Numbered from the stretch's first letter, positions 47,110 to 56,178 are shown. The stretch is 64,000 bases of DNA from Proteobacteria bacterium CG1_02_64_396 (GCA_001872725.1 MNWR01000081.1:33849-97848); one strand, 5' to 3'. Notes: generated by a model from the sequence alone, not told the origin. Translations and numbers: made by a program.

Positions 47110-47694
47110 ATGTCTGAATCACGTTTGATGTGCCGCGAGGATCTCGTTGCCGCCTGGGTCGATGGCGAGCTTGATCCCTTTGAGCTACGGGGCTTTCTGG
47201 AACACATCGAGGATTGTGCCCATTGCTGTGAGGCGATGGTCGAACAGCAGCAGGTTCGCGATCTCTTCCACCATCGCGCCGAGCAGGATCTGCCGGGCGG
47301 TATGCTGTCTTCCCGCCAATTTGTGGCGAGCGTCATGGGGGAGCTGCATCAAGCCGAAGAGGAACTCGAACTGAATGTTGTGGGAGAGCCCTCCACCCGC
47401 CAGGCGATGCGTCGCATGTGGACAGTCGCCGCCTCCCTGGTTGTCGTCGCCTCCGGGGTTTGGATGTGGCAGGGGCCTCAAGAAGAAACAGTCGCCAAAC
47501 GCATCACCAACCAACCCTCTGCCACCCAGATGGCCCAGCAGCCCGCCCCCAGCCTGCAGCAAGATGTTCGCCCCGCCGCTTTCACCCAGCACGAACAAGA
47601 TTCTCAGAACGATCCGCTCCATCGCATCACCCCCACCACCAGCCAGCGTGCCCCCGTTGTTTTCGAATCGATTCCCAATGCAGCCGGTCGCTGA
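47110..47694 (+). CDS. Anti-sigma factor (RseA/ChrR-like N-terminal anti-sigma domain, single TM)
   Basis: MCREDLVAAWVDGELDPFELRGFLEHIEDCAHCCEAMVEQQQV (anti-sigma N-domain with an HxxxCxxC-like Zn motif), TM WTVAASLVVVASGVW. Confidence 0.6.
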   Translation: MSESRLMCREDLVAAWVDGELDPFELRGFLEHIEDCAHCCEAMVEQQQVRDLFHHRAEQDLPGGMLSSRQFVASVMGELHQAEEELELNVVGEPSTRQAMRRMWTVAASLVVVASGVWMWQGPQEETVAKRITNQPSATQMAQQPAPSLQQDVRPAAFTQHEQDSQNDPLHRITPTTSQRAPVVFESIPNAAGR

Positions 47695-48211
47695 ACACAG
47701 GGCAGGATCCAGCGAAGTCGGGGTGGTTGTTGCGTTGGACGGCGACCATGCCCTGGTGGAGACCCGGCGCACCAGTAGTTGTGGTGGCTGCGCCGGTTCC
47801 TCGGCCTGCAGCAGCCTGAGTGGCCCCAAGGGGCAACGGGCGGTCACCATCCGGGCGCTTAACCTCACCAAGGCCAGGGTCGGCGAGCACGTCCAGGTGG
47901 TGTTGCCCGAGGGGGTAGTGTTCCAAGCCGCCTTGCGGGTGTATGGCTTTCCGGTGTTGGCCCTGATTCTGGGGGCGGCTGCGGGGGATGCCCTGGGTGG
48001 ATTGTACGGCGCCTCAACCGCCAATCTGGTGGCGCTGCTGGGGGGGCTGACCGCCCTGATCGGCGGTTTTTTGATGGCGCGGCGTTGGGATCGTCAGGCC
48101 GCCCTCGACCCGCGCTATACCCCGGTCATCCGGCAAACGGTTCCCTACCAACCTTTGAATGGGGGCGAGCCCGCCATCGGCGGCATTCCGGTTTCGGCAA
48201 AATCCTCGTAA
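47678..48211 (+). CDS. rseC: Sigma-E positive regulator RseC/MucC family membrane protein
   Basis: GVVVALDGDHALVETRRTSSCGGCAGSSACS followed by two TM helices, the typical RseC architecture. Start overlaps the anti-sigma gene end. Confidence 0.65.
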   Translation: MQPVAEHRAGSSEVGVVVALDGDHALVETRRTSSCGGCAGSSACSSLSGPKGQRAVTIRALNLTKARVGEHVQVVLPEGVVFQAALRVYGFPVLALILGAAAGDALGGLYGASTANLVALLGGLTALIGGFLMARRWDRQAALDPRYTPVIRQTVPYQPLNGGEPAIGGIPVSAKSS

Positions 48212-48286
48212 ACCGATGAACGGTTTGTTCGTTCAAGCCCGTGATACCTTCCCTTCCATTCGTTCTTCCTTTCCAAGGAGCATGAC

Positions 48287-49729
48287 GTGTCTGAGCATGA
48301 TCGCTTGGCCGGTTGCCCACGCCCGTTTCGGGGGCTGATCGCCGCCCTGATCCTGGGGCTCGCCCCGCTGATTTCCTCCCCCGCCTTGGCCGATCCCGGT
48401 CGTCTCAACCTGCCCGACTTCTCGGGTTTTGTTGAAGAGGTTCGTCCGGCGGTGGTCAACATCCGCACCACCAGCACCGTCACCCGCAACATGCCACAGT
48501 TTCCCTTCGGCGATTTCTTCGCCCCCTTCTTGCAGCAGCGGCCCGGCACCCCCCGTCCGGCGCCGAAAACCTACAAAAGCCAAAGTTTGGGGACCGGTTT
48601 CATCATCTCCAGCGATGGTTACATCGTGACCAACAACCATGTGATCGATGATGCCGACGAGATCGTGGTCCGTTTGGCCGATGATCGGGAGTTTCCCGCC
48701 AAGGTGATCGGCCACGACGAGAAAACCGACGTGGCGCTGATTAAGGTCGAGGCGAGCGGATTGCCCCAGGCTACATTGGGCGATTCCGACAAGGTCAAGG
48801 TGGGGCAGTGGTGCCTGGCCATCGGCAACCCCTTCGGTTTTTCGTTCACCGTGACCGCCGGGATCGTCTCGGCGGTGGGGCGCGACATCGGTGAGGGGCC
48901 TTACGACAACTTCATTCAGACCGACGCGGCCATCAATCCCGGCAACTCGGGCGGCCCCCTGTTCGATACCGATGGCCGGGTGATCGGTATGAACACCGCC
49001 ATCTATTCCCGTAGCGGCGGCTATCAGGGGATTGGATTTGCCATCCCGGTCAACATGGTCACCGAGGTGATCGACCAACTGCGCGATCACGGCAGCGTGG
49101 TGCGCGGTTACCTGGGGGTGAACATCCAGGAGGTGACCAAAGAGATGGCCGAGGCGATGGAGTTGCCCAGCGCCGAGGGGGCCCTGGTCGCCCAGGTGAT
49201 GGAGGGGACCCCCGCCGCCAAGGCTGGGATTAAGGCGGGCGACGTGGTGGTGAGCTTCGAGGGCCATCCCATTAAGAGAAGCCGCGATCTGCCCCGGTTG
49301 GTGGCGACGGCCAGTCCCGGCAGCAAGTCGACCCTTGAGGTTATCCGCGACGGCAAGCGGGTGAAGTTGAAGATTGAGATCGGCACCCTACCCGAGGAGA
49401 TGGCCCAATCGGGTGGTGGTGGGGGACATAGCGGCGATTCGGATCGCTTTGGTCTGCGGGTCGCTCCCATCACGACCGATCTGATGACCCAGTTTCATCT
49501 GCCCGCCGATGCCAAGGAGGGGGTACTGGTGGTTGATGTCAGCGACGGCAGCCCCGCCGCCGATGCCGGTCTTCAGCCGGGCGACCGGATTCTCAAGGTC
49601 GGCCCGAGCGCGATCGCCTCGGTGAAGGATTTGGTCAAGGTGCTCGCTGGGGCGGCCAGCGGCAAGGTGCTGCTACTGCGGGTGGCACGGGGTGAAAACA
49701 AACTCTTCCTGCCGGTGCGGGCGCCGTAA
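48287..49729 (+). CDS. degP: Periplasmic serine endoprotease DegP/HtrA (trypsin domain plus two PDZ domains)
   Basis: Catalytic triad context (TNNHVIDDAD; DVALIKV; GNSGGPL), two PDZ domains, signal peptide. Confidence 0.9.
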   Translation: MSEHDRLAGCPRPFRGLIAALILGLAPLISSPALADPGRLNLPDFSGFVEEVRPAVVNIRTTSTVTRNMPQFPFGDFFAPFLQQRPGTPRPAPKTYKSQSLGTGFIISSDGYIVTNNHVIDDADEIVVRLADDREFPAKVIGHDEKTDVALIKVEASGLPQATLGDSDKVKVGQWCLAIGNPFGFSFTVTAGIVSAVGRDIGEGPYDNFIQTDAAINPGNSGGPLFDTDGRVIGMNTAIYSRSGGYQGIGFAIPVNMVTEVIDQLRDHGSVVRGYLGVNIQEVTKEMAEAMELPSAEGALVAQVMEGTPAAKAGIKAGDVVVSFEGHPIKRSRDLPRLVATASPGSKSTLEVIRDGKRVKLKIEIGTLPEEMAQSGGGGGHSGDSDRFGLRVAPITTDLMTQFHLPADAKEGVLVVDVSDGSPAADAGLQPGDRILKVGPSAIASVKDLVKVLAGAASGKVLLLRVARGENKLFLPVRAP

Positions 49730-49750
49730 CAGGGGATGGTTGAGCAAGTT

Positions 49751-49787
49751 AAAAAGGGCGGATCTTCGGATCCGCCCTTTTTTATGC
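49751..49787. terminator. Bidirectional rho-independent terminator between degP and the convergent transporter gene
   Basis: AAAAAGGGCGGATC-TTCG-GATCCGCCCTTTTTTAT; A-tract and T-tract on both sides; nearly identical hairpin to the ahcY terminator. Confidence 0.75.
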
Positions 49788-50714
49788 CTCCGTGGGCCTG
49801 TGACTGCGCAGATAGGCCGAGGCCCCCGCCGCCGTAAGGATGCACCACACCGCGAACAAGGCGCCGGGCAGGGCGGTCTCGGGCTCGAAATGTTTCAAGG
49901 CCAGCGCCACCCCGAGCCCGGCGTTTTGCATCCCGATCTCGATGCTCAGGGTCATGCGGTAGGCCCGATCGAACTTGGCCATCCCCCCCGCCAGCCATCC
50001 CAAGCCGTAGCCCAGGGCGTTGACCGCCACCACCAGGACCAGGGTCAGCCCCCCGACATCGGCCAGTCGCGTGGCGTTGGCCGCCACCGCGTAGCCGCAG
50101 ATCACGACGATGGCGATGGCCGCAATACCCGGCGCCCCCTGTTCGAAGTGGGGGCGCAGGTTGGGCAGCCAGCGCCCCAACCCCATTCCGACCAGCAGCG
50201 GCAAGAGCACCGTCCAGACAATCGTTTCGACCATCGGCCAGAAGGGGATGGGCAAAATCGCCCCCCCGAGCACCTCGACCAACCAGGGGGTGAGCAGCGG
50301 CGAGAGCAGGGTCGCCACCGTGGTCATGGCAATCGAGTAGGCGACCGCCCCCCCCGCCAGATAAACCAACACGTTGCTGGCCATCGCTCCCGGCGCGCAG
50401 CCGACGATAACGAACCCCAGCGCCAGAGCGGGCGAAAGCCCCGCCGCCAGGGCAATGCTCGCCCCCCCCAACCCCAGCAGCGGCATCACCCCGTATTGGG
50501 TCGCCACCCCCAGCGCAATCGACCCAGGCCGTTTGGCCGCCGCCTTGGCCTCCTCGGGGTGGAGGACCAAACCCAGGGCGAACATGGTGGCGGCAAACAG
50601 GGGTAAAAAGGCCTCTTTGAAGATCAAAAAGGCGGGGGGATAAAGAAAGGCGGCCAGGGCGGCCAATCCGGTGAGCAGGGCCAAATGCCGGGCGGCGAGG
50701 GGGAGCAATCCCAT
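49782..50714 (-). CDS. BASS (bile acid:sodium symporter / SBF-like) family transporter
   Basis: 310 aa, about 9-10 TM helices, SBF-like core (GVMPLLGLGGASIALAAGL...NVLVYLAGG). Family-level call. Confidence 0.65.
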   Translation of the reverse strand: MGLLPLAARHLALLTGLAALAAFLYPPAFLIFKEAFLPLFAATMFALGLVLHPEEAKAAAKRPGSIALGVATQYGVMPLLGLGGASIALAAGLSPALALGFVIVGCAPGAMASNVLVYLAGGAVAYSIAMTTVATLLSPLLTPWLVEVLGGAILPIPFWPMVETIVWTVLLPLLVGMGLGRWLPNLRPHFEQGAPGIAAIAIVVICGYAVAANATRLADVGGLTLVLVVAVNALGYGLGWLAGGMAKFDRAYRMTLSIEIGMQNAGLGVALALKHFEPETALPGALFAVWCILTAAGASAYLRSHRPTEA

Positions 50715-50788
50715 GGTTTTCCTCTTGGTTGCAAGGGGGGAGGGGGGCAGTATAGCCGGGCTTCCGACCTCAAACCGCCGAGAATCCC

Positions 50789-51289
50789 ATGCACACCGCC
50801 CTCGATTACATCGCCCGCTTGCACCTGGAGCCCCATCCCGAAGGGGGGTGGTACCGGGAAAGCTACCGCAGCGACGGCTCGATACCCCACACCGCCTTGC
50901 CCGAGCGATATCAAGGCCCCCGCCCCTGGTCGACCCTGATCTACTTTTTGTTGGAGGGGCATCGGGTCTCTCGCCTGCACCGCATCCACTCCGACGAGTT
51001 GTGGCATTTCTATGCGGGCAGCCCGTTGACCGTGCACATCATCGACAGCAATGGGGAATACCGACCGATGCGACTTGGGGGGGCGGGTCATCCCGATCCC
51101 TTCCACGGGGTGGTTTCGGCGGGGGCTTGGTTCGGTGCCACCTGCGACGATCCCGAGGGGTTCAGCTTGGTGGGATGTACCGTGGCGCCGGGATTTCACT
51201 TCGACGATTTCGAATTGGGGAGGCGGAGCGATCTGCTGGCCTGTTTTCCCCAACATTGCGACCTCATCGAACGGTTGACCCCGCCATGA
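50789..51289 (+). CDS. DUF985 / cupin_5 family protein
   Basis: LEPHPEGGWYRESYRS signature of DUF985. Confidence 0.6.
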   Translation: MHTALDYIARLHLEPHPEGGWYRESYRSDGSIPHTALPERYQGPRPWSTLIYFLLEGHRVSRLHRIHSDELWHFYAGSPLTVHIIDSNGEYRPMRLGGAGHPDPFHGVVSAGAWFGATCDDPEGFSLVGCTVAPGFHFDDFELGRRSDLLACFPQHCDLIERLTPP

Positions 51290-51618
51290 GCAACCTGCTG
51301 CACGATCTCCCCGATGCCCGACAGGAGGAGATATTCGAGCCGTTGTGGCAACGCCCAGGCCTGAAGGTGGAACGGATCGTCACCCAGGGTCAGAGCTCCC
51401 CCGAGGGGTTTTGGTACCAGCAGGATTGGGAGGAATGGGTTTTGGTGGTGCAGGGGGCGGCGGAGCTGGAATTCGAGGGGGGTGATCGAGTGCAGCTTGA
51501 ACGGGGCGGCTATCACCTGATCCCGGCGGGAGTCAGACATCGGGTCGCCTGGAGTGAACCCAAGCAGGTTACGGTTTGGCTGGCCATTCATGCACAGGCG
51601 GAGCAGCGGACGCTATGA
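51286..51618 (+). CDS. Cupin_2 domain protein
   Basis: 110 aa from the ATG overlapping the upstream stop; cupin motifs (WEEWVLVVQGAAELEFEGGDRVQLERGGYHLIPAGVRHRV). The track ORF's 5' extension is rejected. Confidence 0.55.
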   Translation: MSNLLHDLPDARQEEIFEPLWQRPGLKVERIVTQGQSSPEGFWYQQDWEEWVLVVQGAAELEFEGGDRVQLERGGYHLIPAGVRHRVAWSEPKQVTVWLAIHAQAEQRTL

Positions 51619-52097
51619 AACGATATTTTTGGGCCGTGTTGGCGAACCTCTTGGGCGTGTGGGCATTGGCCGGATGCCAGGTGGCGGTGACCAATGGCAA
51701 TAGCGGGGGGGGCGGTAGTCCTATCCCTTTTACCACCCTTACCACGGTTCCCACCGTAACCAACCACCGCCTGGAGGTCATCCGAGACATCACGACGTGG
51801 CAGCAACTATGGACGACCTACGCTCCGGGATTGACCCCGCCCACGGTCGATTTCACCCAACAAACGGTGATTGCCGCCTTTCGCGGCGATAGCCCCAATC
51901 CCGGTTACAACATCGTTATCGAGTCGGTGGACGATCTGGGGACAACCTCGACCGGTCGCAGCCAACTCCAGGTGACGGTTGGACTCATCCAACCGCAACA
52001 GGGGCAGGTCTATGCCCAGGTCATCACCGATCCTGCGCATGTGGTGGTCATCAACCGGGTGAGCCAAGAGGTGACCTTCGTCGAGGCGGTGCGTTAA
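51615..52097 (+). CDS. Hypothetical lipoprotein
   Basis: Signal plus lipobox LAGC; ATGA overlap with the upstream cupin gene. No family recognised. Confidence 0.5.
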   Translation: MKRYFWAVLANLLGVWALAGCQVAVTNGNSGGGGSPIPFTTLTTVPTVTNHRLEVIRDITTWQQLWTTYAPGLTPPTVDFTQQTVIAAFRGDSPNPGYNIVIESVDDLGTTSTGRSQLQVTVGLIQPQQGQVYAQVITDPAHVVVINRVSQEVTFVEAVR

Positions 52098-52405
52098 CCA
52101 GGGTGAGGAATCGGCCTGGGTAGCCGCCCCGGCTTAGAAATCCGCAGCCGTTTGTCGACCTTGTAGACCCCGAAAACCACCTCGATGGCCTGGGTGTCGA
52201 CCCCGAATTCCCCCGCAAGAAACCGCACCAGATGGGCGGTTGCCCGTCCGCGGATGGGACGTTCGGCCACGAAGATCTCCAGCTGTGCCCCAATTACCTG
52301 GCCGATCCGAGTCTCTTTGGCATTGGGCCGCCCCAGAATGTTGAGGACGAGGGTTTCCCCCTCCCACCAACAAAAGGGCTCCCGTGGTCGTTTGAGATCG
52401 AGCAT
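52094..52405 (-). CDS. yggU: DUF167 (YggU/UPF0235) family protein
   Basis: Pattern LVLNILGRPNAKETRI...LEIFVAERPIRGRATAHLVRFLAGEFGV...KVDKRLRI matches YggU. Confidence 0.6.
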   Translation of the reverse strand: MLDLKRPREPFCWWEGETLVLNILGRPNAKETRIGQVIGAQLEIFVAERPIRGRATAHLVRFLAGEFGVDTQAIEVVFGVYKVDKRLRISKPGRLPRPIPHPG

Positions 52406-53274
52406 TAAGGGGTTACCGCTATGTGCATGATCCAGCGGCGCTCCTCGCCTGGAGCAACGAGCGCCACCCCCGGTTTATCGGCAAAGTCACCTGCAAACCC
52501 CACCGTATCGGCATGCCCCTGCCACGGCTCCAAACAGACGAAGTGCGCCCCCGGTTTGCTCCAGATCCCCAGCATGGGGAAGTCGTCGAAGGTGACCGCA
52601 ACCTGCGCCCCGTTCGGGGATACCAGCGCGACCTTGCGGCTGGCGAGCTGTGTCCAGATCAGGGCGTCGTCTGCGAAGAGGTCGTCGCTCAGAGGCAGGC
52701 GGTCATCCTGCACCGGTGTGGGCAGCGCGGTGGGATTGAGCAGACCGCCGCTCAGGCGGTGGATCGGACCCGGCTCGTGTTGCCCAAAAACCACAACGTG
52801 ATCGGATCGTGCTCCGCCGTCGGGCAGTGGCCAGGCAAAAGCGGGATGCCCCCCCAGCGAGACCGGCAGTGGTTCAGTGCCGGGATTGCATACCGAATAG
52901 CCCACCTGAAGCCGCCCCCCCTCAAGCCGGTAGGCGACCTCCAGCTCGAAGGCAAAGGGGTAGCGGGCGCGGGTTTCCTGTGAATCGCACAACCGCAATC
53001 GGACGAAATCGTCCCCGGTCTCCATCACCTCGAAGGTGCCGTCGCGGGCAAACCCGTGTTGTTTCATGGGGTAGGTTTGCCCGCCGTGGCGCAGCAGGTC
53101 GCCGTTCAGACGACCGACCATGGGGAAGAGATTCGGGGCGTGGCGGGGCCAGATGGCGGGGTCGGCCTGCCACAGGTATTCCCGCCCCTGGGGGTCGCGC
53201 AGCGAGGCGAGCTCGGCGCCGAAGGGGGCGATGCAGGCGGTAAAGCCGTGGGAGGTCAGTTCGATAGGGGGCAT
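52405..53274 (-). CDS. Aldose 1-epimerase family protein
   Basis: 289 aa; galactose-mutarotase-like fold signatures (NLFPMVGRLNGD; GGHPAF). Stop overlaps the yggU start. Confidence 0.65.
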   Translation of the reverse strand: MPPIELTSHGFTACIAPFGAELASLRDPQGREYLWQADPAIWPRHAPNLFPMVGRLNGDLLRHGGQTYPMKQHGFARDGTFEVMETGDDFVRLRLCDSQETRARYPFAFELEVAYRLEGGRLQVGYSVCNPGTEPLPVSLGGHPAFAWPLPDGGARSDHVVVFGQHEPGPIHRLSGGLLNPTALPTPVQDDRLPLSDDLFADDALIWTQLASRKVALVSPNGAQVAVTFDDFPMLGIWSKPGAHFVCLEPWQGHADTVGFAGDFADKPGVALVAPGEERRWIMHIAVTP

Positions 53275-53320
53275 GGTCTGCTCTTGAGGGGGACGGTGGA
53301 TGGGGTCTTTTTGTGCCCCC

Positions 53321-54013
53321 TTACTGTATCACCGGTGGTTTTGGCGGGTGGAAAAACGCGGCCCACTCACCCGCACCACCCGATTCACCGACCGCCCCCA
53401 CCGCTGCGTGCCTGTGCCACCGCCTCCCGTACGATGAAATGTAAATCCTCTTTCGACACATCGACCGGTGAGCCGAGTTTACGCAGCGCAACGTCGAGGT
53501 CTTCATCGCGCACCAGGTCGGGGCGGGGGAGGGGGTGGGGCCAAGATGGGGGTGGCTGCGGTGCAGCACCCAACGGTTGAGCACCAGCCCAAGCAGGGCG
53601 AGTAACGCGACGTTGATCCCCACCGGCAGCAACAAGACATCCCAACCGATCCCATGTTCGTGTCCCGCCAGTACCGCGATCAGGGCGGCGGCCCCTCCGG
53701 GGGGATGCAGGGAGCCGGTCAGTTGCATGGCGACCATCGCCAGGCCGGTGGCGAGCGCCAGGGCAAGGGGAAGATGGGGGACATACTGGACGCAAACGAT
53801 GCCGACGGCGGTGGAGATCAAGGTGCCGCCGACCACAGGCCAGGGCTGGGAAAGGGGGCTGAAGGGGATAGCGAAGATCAATAGCGCCGAGGCCCCCATC
53901 GAGGCGGTCATGATCGGGGTGACTTCGGGGGGGAGCAGCCAAAGGCAGGCCTCAGCCACCACCGCAATGGCGACCAGCGCGGCCAAAGCCGAACGGATCG
54001 CCTCCCGGTTCAT
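53321..54013 (-). CDS. HPP-family integral membrane protein
   Basis: 230 aa from the ATG at complement of 54011-54013 (GGGAG SD). HPPGG motif in a TM context. The track ORF's 119-aa 5' extension is rejected. Confidence 0.6.
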   Translation of the reverse strand: MNREAIRSALAALVAIAVVAEACLWLLPPEVTPIMTASMGASALLIFAIPFSPLSQPWPVVGGTLISTAVGIVCVQYVPHLPLALALATGLAMVAMQLTGSLHPPGGAAALIAVLAGHEHGIGWDVLLLPVGINVALLALLGLVLNRWVLHRSHPHLGPTPSPAPTWCAMKTSTLRCVNSAHRSMCRKRIYISSYGRRWHRHAAVGAVGESGGAGEWAAFFHPPKPPVIQ

Positions 54014-54026
54014 CTCCCGATGGCTT

Positions 54027-54195
54027 CTAGGAGTCTGTCGGACTTGAGATTGTCCTACTGCGCCGGCGGGTAATCGGTCCAAATTTCCCCGGTTTTTCGT
54101 CACATAGCCACCACTATGATCCTCAAAACCGTGAAAATTTGGCCTCGATTCCCCACTCGGCTCGCTACGGACGCTCAAGTCCGACAGGCTCCTAG
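54027..54195. repeat. 22-bp inverted repeat (1 mismatch) flanking about 125 bp
   Basis: CTAGGAGTCTGTCGGACTTGAG (54027-54048) vs CTCAAGTCCGACAGGCTCCTAG (54174-54195). The right arm overlaps the last codons and stop of the rrf2 gene. Confidence 0.6.
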
Positions 54196-54645
54196 GGGAA
54201 AGGCCCCCAACGAGGGGGGTAGGCCGAGCAGGTGTTGGATCGAGGCCGGTTCGGTCACCACATCGGCCAGGGTGTGGCGTTCGAGCACCCCGAGGAAGGC
54301 ATTTTGGGCGTCCAGGAGTACCCCCTTGAGGGTGCAATGGTGCAGCAGGGGGCAGTGGGGTTTGGCACAATCGATGGGGTCCAAGGTGACCTCGACCTGC
54401 CGCACCACCTGCCCGATGTTGATCTCTTCCGGCGCCATCCCCAGCGCGATTCCCCCCCCTTTGCCCCGTGAGGTGTTCAGGTAGCCAAGTTTGCCCAGCT
54501 GCTGGACCACCTTGATGAGGTTGTTGCGGCTGATGTCGAAGTGTTCGGCGATCTCATTGATGGTGGTCGTCGAGCCATCGGTGGGACGCAGCGCCATGTA
54601 AATCAACACACGCAGCGCGTAGTCGGTGTATCGGGTCAATTGCAT
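54175..54645 (-). CDS. nsrR: Rrf2-family transcriptional regulator (NsrR/IscR-like, 3-Cys cluster)
   Basis: MQLTRYTDYALRVLIYMAL...INEIAEHFDISRNNLIKVVQQLGKLGYL (wHTH) and CAKPHCPLLHHC cysteine cluster. ATG at complement of 54643-54645 with GAGGAG SD. Gene symbol reflects the neighbouring globin, not proof. Confidence 0.75.
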   Translation of the reverse strand: MQLTRYTDYALRVLIYMALRPTDGSTTTINEIAEHFDISRNNLIKVVQQLGKLGYLNTSRGKGGGIALGMAPEEINIGQVVRQVEVTLDPIDCAKPHCPLLHHCTLKGVLLDAQNAFLGVLERHTLADVVTEPASIQHLLGLPPSLGAFPLGACRT

Positions 54646-54752
54646 GGGGTTCTCCTCGCGGGAATTGATGCATTTCACCGGCATGATATGCCCTAGCAAC
54701 GATAAAGGGTCATGAACTCTTGTTCATCTCGATCCTCCGGTTCAATCGATTC

Positions 54753-55724
54753 TCACAGGCGCCCAAAGGCGTCGGCCAGAATGTCCTTCGAGGAGGCGCC
54801 GGCCAAAAACGTCTGTTTACGCAGCAGTTGCACCATGTCGGGTGCGCCGCACAAATAGGCCCGCCACCCCTTGAGGTTGGGAAACGCCTCTTTGATCAAG
54901 AGGTCCAGCGCCCCCTCGACCGCCCGCCCCACTTCAAGCCCCGCAACATCGAGGGCGCAGGGGTGGTAGTTGAAGTTGGGGTGCTGCGCCGCCAAGGCTT
55001 CGAGCTCTTCCATCAGGTAGAGCCCCTGGGCATCCCGCCCCCCGTGGAAGAGATGGATGATCCCACGGTGTTCCTGGCGCAGTGCCTCGCGGGCGATTCC
55101 GTAAAGCGGCGCCAACCCCGTGCCGGTGCCTGCCAGCAGCAGCGGTTGATCCTGATCCCCCGGCAGGTAGTAGCACTCCCCTTCCGGCCCTTGCAGCTCG
55201 ACGTAGTCCCCCTCCCGCAATTGGTCGTGAATCCAGTTGCTCATCACCCCGCCGGGGATCCGCCCGACGTGGAGGATCAACGCCTCTTCGATCCCCGGCA
55301 CGCTGGCCAGCGAATAGCTGCGTCCCAGGTTGGCGTCGCGCCACAGGTTGACGAACTGTCCCGGTTGGTAGGCAAAGGGGGATTCGGGTTGCAGCCGGAT
55401 TTCGACGATGCGCTCGGTGAGCGCCCGTTGGCCGGTGACCACGGCGGGGATGCGGGTCTGGGTGGTGGAGGGGAGCGCGACCGTCAGTTCGCCGGTGGGG
55501 TAGCAACTACAGGCCAGCAGGTAGCCCTGTTCCCGCTTGGCGGGGGAAAGGGTCCGCTGCGCCGCCTCGGGGATCGCGCCCTCGACCCCCTTCATCAGGC
55601 AGGTTTGGCAGACGCCGGAACGGCAGCCGTGGGGAATGGTGTGCCCTTGGGCAAGCAGGCCGTCGAGAAGGGAGATGCCTTCGGGAAGATCGACGCTGTC
55701 GCCATCAAAATGGATCTTGGGCAT
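54753..55724 (-). CDS. 2Fe-2S ferredoxin-FAD-NAD(P)H oxidoreductase (N-terminal plant-type ferredoxin, C-terminal FNR-like)
   Basis: CRSGVCQTCL 2Fe-2S motif, RSYSLAS FAD motif, LLAGTGTGLAPL NAD(P) motif. 323 aa from the ATG at complement of 55722-55724. Confidence 0.75.
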   Translation of the reverse strand: MPKIHFDGDSVDLPEGISLLDGLLAQGHTIPHGCRSGVCQTCLMKGVEGAIPEAAQRTLSPAKREQGYLLACSCYPTGELTVALPSTTQTRIPAVVTGQRALTERIVEIRLQPESPFAYQPGQFVNLWRDANLGRSYSLASVPGIEEALILHVGRIPGGVMSNWIHDQLREGDYVELQGPEGECYYLPGDQDQPLLLAGTGTGLAPLYGIAREALRQEHRGIIHLFHGGRDAQGLYLMEELEALAAQHPNFNYHPCALDVAGLEVGRAVEGALDLLIKEAFPNLKGWRAYLCGAPDMVQLLRKQTFLAGASSKDILADAFGRL

Positions 55725-55750
55725 GGGGGCTCCGGAAGATCGATCTTGGG

Positions 55751-55789
55751 TTGAAATAAAAACGGCGCGGGAGTTGCCCCTCCGCGCCG
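55751..55789 (-). terminator. Candidate intrinsic terminator/attenuator between the globin and reductase genes (minus-strand transcript)
   Basis: CGGCGCGG / CCGCGCCG 8-bp stem with an 11-nt loop; on the minus-strand RNA it is followed by UUUUUAUUUC. Confidence 0.45.
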
Positions 55790-55812
55790 CTTCGTGGTGC
55801 CACAAACCAGCC

Positions 55813-56178
55813 TTAGCGGCTCAGGACATCGTCCCGGACCGATTCGGCGATGGCGGCGACCTGAGCGATGTCCTCATCGGGCACGCCCAGCTCTTTTAAG
55901 GTGCCGCCCAGGTGCTCGATCACGACATCGACGTGGAGGTCGTTCATGCCCTGCTCCACCAGGTGAGCGTGACCCTCACGCATGTCCTTGCCGGTGTAAT
56001 TGTTGGGGCCGCCGAAGACCATGGTCAAAAACGCCTTCTGCTTAGCCGCTTGGCGATCCATGTCGACCGAATCGAAGAAGCGGGCGACCCGGTCGTCGGC
56101 CAGCATCTTGCGGTAGAAAATGTCGACTGCGGCATTCACAGCCGCTTCACCACCAAGGCGTTCGTACAAAGTGGACAT
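55813..56178 (-). CDS. glbN: Truncated hemoglobin, group I (trHbN/GlbN-like)
   Basis: 121 aa; MSTLYERLGGEAAVNAAVDIFYRKMLADDRVARFF...HAHL 2/2-globin pattern. GGAGG SD. Confidence 0.85.
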   Translation of the reverse strand: MSTLYERLGGEAAVNAAVDIFYRKMLADDRVARFFDSVDMDRQAAKQKAFLTMVFGGPNNYTGKDMREGHAHLVEQGMNDLHVDVVIEHLGGTLKELGVPDEDIAQVAAIAESVRDDVLSR

